A stretch of DNA of 64,000 nucleotides. Origin: an uncultured Ginsengibacter sp. (GTDB lineage: Bacteria > Bacteroidota > Bacteroidia > Chitinophagales > Chitinophagaceae). The position numbers and the translations under genes are program-made. The stretch's first letter is position 1. The number at the start of each line of letters is the position of its first letter. Location: NCBI GenBank assembly GCA_964463015.1, contig CAYXAL010000001.1:100091-164090 (forward strand), written 5' to 3'. Of this stretch, positions 57,799-64,000 are shown piece after piece. Below the pieces are notes generated by a model. It had not been told where the DNA came from, did no database searches, and saw only the letters and a list, made by a program, of their open reading frames with translations.

Positions 57799-58767
57799 GT
57801 GAATCAATCAGATCAACAAAACCAGTACCTGCATCTGGTAAAAAGTGTAGCCATTCTATTGGCTCTACTCTTTGTGCTGGACTTTGGTATCGGTCATGTA
57901 CTCAGATATTTTTATTTCAAACAGGAAAGCGGACTTCAATACAGAACGACTTACTCATTGAATGATACCAAAGCAGATTTGTTGGTGTTCGGATCGTCCA
58001 GAGCCAATCATCATTATTATCCTAAGGCATTTGAAGAGGGATTAAATACGTCATACTATAATGTGGGAAGGGACGGCAGTTATATCTTTTATCATTATGC
58101 GATTTTGCAAGGTGTGCTAAAAAGATACAGACCCAGGATTGTGATTCTGGATTTTATGAGAAAGGAGTTCATGAAAGAACATGGAAGTTATGACTGGCTA
58201 TCCTCTTTATTGCCTTACTATAAGAGTCATCCGGAAATAAGATCTGTAATACAATTGAGAGGCCCATTTGAAAAAATTAAATTGATGTCTCAGATTTATC
58301 CTTACAATTCTTCACTGTTGACCATTGCAATTGGAAATACAGAAATGAATAAAGTAAGAAATCAAGACGAAAATGGCTATGTCCCTCTTTATGGCGAATG
58401 GAATGAACCTCTGACTACAGATAGTAAAACGACCTATGAATTGGATACAGTGAAAGTGAAATATTATGAGATGTTTATAAAGGATTGCCTCCGGTCTGGC
58501 GTTAAGCTGATTGTGGTTTGTTCACCGGATTATGTCAAAGAATTGCATGATGATGCCTCAGTAAAGGCCGGAATGGAAATAGCCGCAAGGTATCGGGTAC
58601 CCTTTTTAAATTTTCTGGATGATTCTGAATTTTCGGATCGCCGGCTTTTTGCAGATAAGGATCACCTGAACAATAACGGAGCAATAAAATTTTCCGGAAT
58701 TTTGGTGAAAGATTTGAAAGAGATTGTTGGACAACCTGCTGTAAAGCCTGTATTGTCAAACGATTGA
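57799..58767 (+). CDS. Membrane-anchored partner of the MBOAT acyltransferase (DltD/AlgJ-AlgX-like SGNH-fold candidate)
   Basis: N-terminal TM anchor then a periplasmic domain beginning LVFGSSRANHHYYP. The position directly after an MBOAT gene is the canonical place for this partner. Confidence 0.4.
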   Translation: MNQSDQQNQYLHLVKSVAILLALLFVLDFGIGHVLRYFYFKQESGLQYRTTYSLNDTKADLLVFGSSRANHHYYPKAFEEGLNTSYYNVGRDGSYIFYHYAILQGVLKRYRPRIVILDFMRKEFMKEHGSYDWLSSLLPYYKSHPEIRSVIQLRGPFEKIKLMSQIYPYNSSLLTIAIGNTEMNKVRNQDENGYVPLYGEWNEPLTTDSKTTYELDTVKVKYYEMFIKDCLRSGVKLIVVCSPDYVKELHDDASVKAGMEIAARYRVPFLNFLDDSEFSDRRLFADKDHLNNNGAIKFSGILVKDLKEIVGQPAVKPVLSND

Positions 58768-58991
58768 AGGCGATGGGATCGTTTGGAAAATGAAATTCGA
58801 AATTGCAGGGTACGCTTTGATATTTATTTATACAACTGGCATCATTTCAAATCCTCAGACACTGATCCGGTAGATTCATAAGAGGAGACAGGAGAGGATA
58901 TGCGTAATATCAAGTAATTTTATCTTGTTTTGCAAGACAACAAACCCAAAGAATCAATTCCCGGTTAAATAAAAAATGAAGTTCTTAGAAT

Positions 58992-60383
58992 ATGAATAAG
59001 CAGTTTGAAAGGTATTTGAAAGGTACCTTGTTAATACTTGACTTACTGGTACTGAATATCGTCTATTATTTTGCACAGATTATTTTCAACAAAAGTTATG
59101 ACCATGAATCGATAAAAGTATATAACCTCTACTTTTATGTTTCCAATGGCATGTGGTTATTCATCACCTTTGCTCTGGGCCTTTACAAAGAAAAGGCCAT
59201 ATTGCGATATGATTTATTTTTCAAACGTACCATCCAGGTAATTGTCGTTTGGGTTTTAGGATTAATGATTTATTTATTTTTCTCAAGGCAGATATTGCTT
59301 TCCCGGCTCTTCATTCTATATGCTACTGCATTTTTCGGGCTTGGTATTCTTATCAACCGGTTTCTCTATCTTGGATTTTTTCAGTACTACCGTTCAAGCG
59401 ATGTATTTATCAAGAAGGTACTGGTACTTGGCTTTAATGAAAGAGCGCGCAAACTCACCCGATACCTTGAATCGGGCGAGCAGAATATTAAACTGGTAGG
59501 CTATACCGAAAATGAGGAAAATATCCGGCAGCTTTCTAACTATCCGATCGTCGGGGACATAGCCTCCACTATGGATATTGCCAGGAAGATGAATGTCTAT
59601 GAAATTTATTCAACCCTTACACCGGAAGACAACAGCGAGATACTGCGGTTTATGCAGATTGCAGAAAAGGAGTGTATTCGTTTCAAGATTGTACCCAATC
59701 TGAGCAATCTTTTTGCCTACGGTACACATATTGAATTTTATGGAGACATGCCGGTCTTATCAAGCAGAAATTCAGCGCTTGACGATACCGGAAATATCAT
59801 TAAGAAACGATTGCTGGATGTGGTGGTGAGTGGGTTAGTGATTGTGTTTGTACTATCATGGCTCATTCCGTTGTTGGGAATCCTTATTGTCCTTGAATCC
59901 GGACTTCCGGTATTCTTTAGCCAGATGCGCACAGGGATGACCAACCGTCCATTTAAATGCATCAAGTTCAGAAGTATGAAGAAGAATAAGGATGCTGACA
60001 AGAAGCAGGCTACTGAAAATGATGCAAGAGTTACCAGGATTGGTAAGTTTATGCGGAGGACAAGCCTTGATGAATTTCCGCAATTTATTAATGTGTTTAA
60101 AGGAGATATGAGCCTGGTAGGGCCACGTCCGCACATGCTGAAACATACTGACGACTATTCTAAAGTGGTGGATGAATATATGGTTCGGCAATTTGTGAAA
60201 CCGGGTATTACCGGCTGGGCACAAATACATGGTTACAGAGGGGAAATAAAAAATGAAGAAGACATAAGAAACAGGGTAGAAAAGGATATCTGGTATGTGG
60301 AGCATTGGACACTGTGGCTGGATATTCAGATTTTATTCCTGACCGTTTACAATATTGTCAGAGGCGACAAAAACGCTTACTAA
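58992..60383 (+). CDS. Undecaprenyl-phosphate sugar phosphotransferase (WbaP/EpsL-type initiating transferase, Bac_transf family)
   Basis: Four N-terminal TM helices, a linker and the C-terminal catalytic domain (KCIKFRSMKKNKD ... TRIGKFMRRTSLDEFPQFINVFKGDMSLVGPRPH). Confidence 0.9.
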   Translation: MNKQFERYLKGTLLILDLLVLNIVYYFAQIIFNKSYDHESIKVYNLYFYVSNGMWLFITFALGLYKEKAILRYDLFFKRTIQVIVVWVLGLMIYLFFSRQILLSRLFILYATAFFGLGILINRFLYLGFFQYYRSSDVFIKKVLVLGFNERARKLTRYLESGEQNIKLVGYTENEENIRQLSNYPIVGDIASTMDIARKMNVYEIYSTLTPEDNSEILRFMQIAEKECIRFKIVPNLSNLFAYGTHIEFYGDMPVLSSRNSALDDTGNIIKKRLLDVVVSGLVIVFVLSWLIPLLGILIVLESGLPVFFSQMRTGMTNRPFKCIKFRSMKKNKDADKKQATENDARVTRIGKFMRRTSLDEFPQFINVFKGDMSLVGPRPHMLKHTDDYSKVVDEYMVRQFVKPGITGWAQIHGYRGEIKNEEDIRNRVEKDIWYVEHWTLWLDIQILFLTVYNIVRGDKNAY

Positions 60384-60399
60384 GAAAAACCACAGCATC

Positions 60400-60420
60400 A
60401 CTTCCTGAAATGCTCAGGAA
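60400..60420 (+). other. Perfect 8-bp stem-loop immediately after the sugar transferase stop codon
   Basis: CTTCCTGA(aatgc)TCAGGAAG, with no trailing T-run. Confidence 0.4.
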
Positions 60421-60451
60421 GTACTAATCGGATTATAACGAATAGTTGCTT

Positions 60452-60485
60452 AAGAACCGGCGCGAGCCGGTTCTTTTATTTTGTT
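60452..60485 (+). terminator. Rho-independent terminator closing the EPS locus
   Basis: AAGAACCGGC(gcga)GCCGGTTCTT is a perfect 10-bp stem, followed by TTATTTTGTT. Confidence 0.7.
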
Positions 60486-60527
60486 GAGTTAACTTACATT
60501 CCTAATCCACTTTAAAAATAAAATTGA

Positions 60528-61052
60528 ATGAATCTGCAGCCTGTTCTGGAAGATGAATTAATCCTGGCCCGTCCGTTGAAAGAAAATGATTTTGAAGAGT
60601 TATTCAGCGTCGCTTCAGATCCGGCCATCTGGGAGCAGCATCCAAATAAGGATCGGTATAAAAGAGAAGTATTTGAAAAGTTTTTTGAAGGAGCTATCAG
60701 ATCGGGTGGAGCATATTTGGTGTACGATAAGAAAAGTAAGGTGGCGATTGGCGGAACACGGTTTTATGATTTTGATCCGGCTCAAAGCCAACTTCTGATC
60801 GGATATACCTTTTTTGCAAAATCCTGTTGGGGCAAAGGATACAACCACAGATTGAAACGATTGATGCTGAATTATGCCTTCAATTTTGTTGACAAAATCA
60901 TTTTTCATATAGGTGCTTTAAACATCAGATCCCAGAAATCAATTGAAAAATTGGGAGCAGTAAAAACCGGCGAACTGGAAGTAAAATACTATGGTGAAAT
61001 TCCGAAATTGAATTTTGAATATCAGATATTGAAAAAGGATTACCTCAGGTAA
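60528..61052 (+). CDS. GNAT-family N-acetyltransferase
   Basis: 174 aa. RimJ/RimL-like layout with a GNAT core (LIGYTFFAKSCWGKGYNHRLKRLMLNYAF). Confidence 0.65.
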   Translation: MNLQPVLEDELILARPLKENDFEELFSVASDPAIWEQHPNKDRYKREVFEKFFEGAIRSGGAYLVYDKKSKVAIGGTRFYDFDPAQSQLLIGYTFFAKSCWGKGYNHRLKRLMLNYAFNFVDKIIFHIGALNIRSQKSIEKLGAVKTGELEVKYYGEIPKLNFEYQILKKDYLR

Positions 61053-61077
61053 TCTCAATTTGAAAAATGGTTGCCTG

Positions 61078-61302
61078 CTAAAATTCCTTTTCTGAAATCT
61101 GTTCGTTTTCATTTTTGCCATAATACCACAGGAGGATCATTACTACTCCAAAGGCAACATAAAAAAGCCCGCTCCAGAGGTTCGTTGTTTCAGATCTTTC
61201 TGCTGTAGCCTGCATCAGAAGAGAGGCCAACACAAGTGCTATCCCTATCAGAGAAAAAAATAGACCGATAATAAACCGAAGGTCAAGAATATCTTTTTTC
61301 AT
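61078..61302 (-). CDS. Small two-TM membrane protein downstream of the SSS transporter
   Basis: 74 aa. Two hydrophobic helices (FIIGLFFSLIGIALVLASLL and LFYVAFGVVMILLWYY). Co-directional 51 bp after the symporter. Confidence 0.4.
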   Translation of the reverse strand: MKKDILDLRFIIGLFFSLIGIALVLASLLMQATAERSETTNLWSGLFYVAFGVVMILLWYYGKNENEQISEKEF

Positions 61303-61353
61303 TTGTGAAGTCTTTTAATTTTTCAATACAATCCAATTCTTTGGATTGAGGAG

Positions 61354-63009
61354 TTATAAGAAAATAAGATTCAAAATTGTAACCAGGATAAGAATAATTA
61401 TTCCAATAGAGACCGGCCTCCTATACCAGGCTACATCACCGGCTTTTGGTTTTGGTGTCAGGCTATAAACCAATCCTGCCAATTTCTCTTTGGGGTGTGG
61501 TTTTGTAAACAGACTGATAATAATCGTCAGAATAAAACAGGTTACAAATGCCACAATGGCTACCATAAAACTCTGAGCCATTCCTGAAGAGAATTCATGC
61601 AGATTGGCAATAGCACCGCCGTTGCCTTCGGCGACTGTCAGGTTGTACGTAAGGGTAGCTGCAATCGTACCGCCCACTAATCCATAAAAAGCACCGTGCC
61701 CTGTAGATCTTTTCCAGAACATACCCAGAGCAAAGGTGGCAAACAAAGGTGCATTCACAAACCCAAATACCAGTTGCAGAAAGTCCATGATATTATTAAA
61801 TCCTCTTGCCAGATAAGCAGTACCAACGGATGCAACGATACCAAAAAGCGTAGCCCACCTGCCTACGTGCAGATAATGTTTATCGCTCTTATTGGGTTTA
61901 ATATATGCTTCATATATATCGTAAGTCCATACCGTATTGAAGGCGGTCACATTACCTGCCATTCCTGACATGAAGGATGCAAAGAGCGCCGTGAGCCCCA
62001 CACCAAGTATTCCACTCGGATAAAATTCATTGAGCAACGAAGGCAATACCATATTATAGTTGGGACCGGTGCCTTCATGATTCAGGGGTATTTGATATCC
62101 TGAATGCATAGCCACCATAGCTGCGGCAATCAATCCTGGGGTAATGACAATGAGCGGCATAAACATTTTTGGAAAAGCGGCAATCAACGGAGTTTTTTGT
62201 GCTGACCGCATGTTGCGGGTTACCATCGCTCTTTGCACCACAAGAAAATCGGTACACCAATATCCGAATGATAGCACAAAGCCCAGTCCCATCGCCACCT
62301 GCCACCAATTCACACCCATTGGATTCTGAGAGGCATCACCCATGTATTTCCAGGTATGGCTCATTGCATCGGGCAGCCTGTTAACTACACCTTCCCATCC
62401 GCCCACATGATTTAAACCAAGATAAACCAATGGGGCTATCCCTAAAACAATCAGAAAAAATTGTAGCACCTCATTGTAAACGGCACTCGTCAATCCTCCA
62501 AGAAAAGTATAGGCCAATACGATGCCCGATGCCAGCAGAATGGATACATTAAAATCCCACCCCAGTATCGCATCGAATAAAATTGCCAATGCATACAATG
62601 AAATCCCTGAAGAAAAAATAGTCATGATGGCAAATGTGAACGCATTGAAACCACGGGTTTTTTCGTCAAAACGTTTGGCAAGGTATTCCGGCACTGAACG
62701 CACTTTGCTGCCATAATAAAAGGGCATCATGAAAATTCCCAGAAAGACCATTGCCGGTATGGCACCTAACCAATAGAAGTGGCTGGTCATGATACCATAC
62801 TTAGCTCCTGAAGCAGCCATCCCCAATACCTCCTGAGCGCCAAGGTTTGCTGATATGAATGCCAGGCTTGTAATCCACAGCGGAATGGACCGGCCACTCA
62901 TTAAAAAGTCACTGCTCGTTTTAACCCGTTTTTTTATAATAATGCCTATCCCGAGTACAAACACAAAATACAATCCGATTATCAGATAGTCAATCAGTCT
63001 TAGATGCAT
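61354..63009 (-). CDS. Sodium:solute symporter (SSS) family transporter
   Basis: 551 aa, about 13-14 TM helices. N-terminal ILGMAASGAKYG-type SSS signature region. Confidence 0.8.
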   Translation of the reverse strand: MHLRLIDYLIIGLYFVFVLGIGIIIKKRVKTSSDFLMSGRSIPLWITSLAFISANLGAQEVLGMAASGAKYGIMTSHFYWLGAIPAMVFLGIFMMPFYYGSKVRSVPEYLAKRFDEKTRGFNAFTFAIMTIFSSGISLYALAILFDAILGWDFNVSILLASGIVLAYTFLGGLTSAVYNEVLQFFLIVLGIAPLVYLGLNHVGGWEGVVNRLPDAMSHTWKYMGDASQNPMGVNWWQVAMGLGFVLSFGYWCTDFLVVQRAMVTRNMRSAQKTPLIAAFPKMFMPLIVITPGLIAAAMVAMHSGYQIPLNHEGTGPNYNMVLPSLLNEFYPSGILGVGLTALFASFMSGMAGNVTAFNTVWTYDIYEAYIKPNKSDKHYLHVGRWATLFGIVASVGTAYLARGFNNIMDFLQLVFGFVNAPLFATFALGMFWKRSTGHGAFYGLVGGTIAATLTYNLTVAEGNGGAIANLHEFSSGMAQSFMVAIVAFVTCFILTIIISLFTKPHPKEKLAGLVYSLTPKPKAGDVAWYRRPVSIGIIILILVTILNLIFL

Positions 63010-63105
63010 ATATTAATAAGATAAATGGTTAAGCAAAAAATAGAATGTGATTACCAAAATAAAAATAATTTGATCAAATAATTAAAATATAAATTTCATT
63101 TACCA

Positions 63106-64000
63106 TTATTTGTTTCCTCCATTGGCCATTGCCGCAAGCAAATACACCAGGGACGCTGTGCCATCCATAGTTGGTTCATTGGTACTGTAATCCCCATAAT
63201 CATCATGATACACGACAAGGTCACTTTGAAAGTCTGCATACTCATCGGCATCTCTGAGTTGGATACCGATCAGGTTTTTAAATATACTACTGTAAACCGG
63301 ACCATCAACCAGGCCTCCGTAAATCGGATAATTTTTCAGATGAGTGAATGCTGAATGTGGATCTACCGGAGTATCCCCATGTGCGGGTAGCCCGTAAACC
63401 ATGCTTGTGCCCCATGGATTGCAACCAAAGAGCCAGTCCACATTCGCTTGCATTAACTCTGCAAAATCTTTTTTACCGGTCATCTTCTCATACCAGTAAC
63501 ATTGAATGGCAAAGGATGTCGTCAGATTATTACTGCACCAGATAAACGGTACTCCTCTCAGAAATGCATTCTCTTTTGCGCGACTCTTCACTGCTTCAAT
63601 GCCTGCCCGGTAGTATTGCATGATCTGTTCCTTTCGTTTTTTATCTGTTTCAGACGCTAATTCGTAATGACCTAAATTGATAAATGGATAGTACTGGTAA
63701 TGATTGGCGGTATCTCTTATCATCCATGGAGTTATTTTTTCCAGGGTTGAATAATGAAAGGCTGAATCTGAATATGATTTTCCCGAAGTGATATATTTTG
63801 TAATCGATGCAAAAGCGAGTTCCATATCGTCTGTCCAGTTATCCTCAGCATAGATGTAAGGAGAAAGAACTGACACTGTCTGAGTAACTCCATGTTTTAT
63901 TTGTGAATAGGCGAGTGCAGACAACGATTTAGATTTGAGAAGATCGGAGAGAGTATCGTTGTTATGAAACAGGTAACTGCCAAGAGCAAATGCCGAGGCC
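63106..64000 (-). CDS. Glycoside hydrolase family 9-like protein; C-terminal part, with the N-terminus beyond the window edge
   Basis: C-terminal YHDDYGDYSTNEPTMDGTASLVYLLAAMA closely resembles the GH9 catalytic-Glu signature. The reading frame stays open to position 64000. Confidence 0.45.
   Translation of the reverse strand, partial: ASAFALGSYLFHNNDTLSDLLKSKSLSALAYSQIKHGVTQTVSVLSPYIYAEDNWTDDMELAFASITKYITSGKSYSDSAFHYSTLEKITPWMIRDTANHYQYYPFINLGHYELASETDKKRKEQIMQYYRAGIEAVKSRAKENAFLRGVPFIWCSNNLTTSFAIQCYWYEKMTGKKDFAELMQANVDWLFGCNPWGTSMVYGLPAHGDTPVDPHSAFTHLKNYPIYGGLVDGPVYSSIFKNLIGIQLRDADEYADFQSDLVVYHDDYGDYSTNEPTMDGTASLVYLLAAMANGGNK

Noticed and set aside
1-64000. CRISPR arrays, integrase/transposase genes, prophage blocks
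   Set aside because: No array of regularly spaced direct repeats was seen, and no ORF shows tyrosine/serine recombinase, DDE transposase or phage structural-protein features. The tRNA-adjacent region contains only unknown secreted proteins.

Overview
This 64 kb window looks like a chromosomal stretch from a low-GC Bacteroidetes-type genome. The gene content points that way: a SprA-sized gliding/T9SS protein, a LytS/LytTR pair, an UpxY-like NusG paralog, Wza/Wzc/Wzx/Wzy, and Bacteroidetes-style short intergenic spacers. The backbone is housekeeping: thrS-infC, a tRNA-Val, ruvA co-directional with a 2391-aa sprA, fabH, hpf, a flotillin/NfeD pair, polA, mfd and an S9 peptidase. The accessory content is: (i) an ~18 kb exopolysaccharide locus at 42.3-60.4 kb (wza, wzc, wecB, UpxY-like regulator, wzy, wzx, three to five glycosyltransferases, a hexapeptide acetyltransferase, an MBOAT/DltD-like O-acylation pair and an initiating sugar-phosphate transferase); (ii) a beta-class DPPY DNA methyltransferase next to an AT-rich 230-aa ORF of unknown function, which is a candidate restriction or defense partner and which abuts the polA 3' end convergently; (iii) a TAT-exported protein plus diheme cytochrome c operon lying divergent from a LytS/LytTR two-component system; (iv) tandem paralogous membrane-anchored EEP-family proteins; (v) a tRNA-Val preceded by a degenerate 5'-half copy of itself. 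I did not recognise any CRISPR array, integrase, transposase or phage genes. All calls come from reading the ORF translations and sequence by eye, and no database search was possible.
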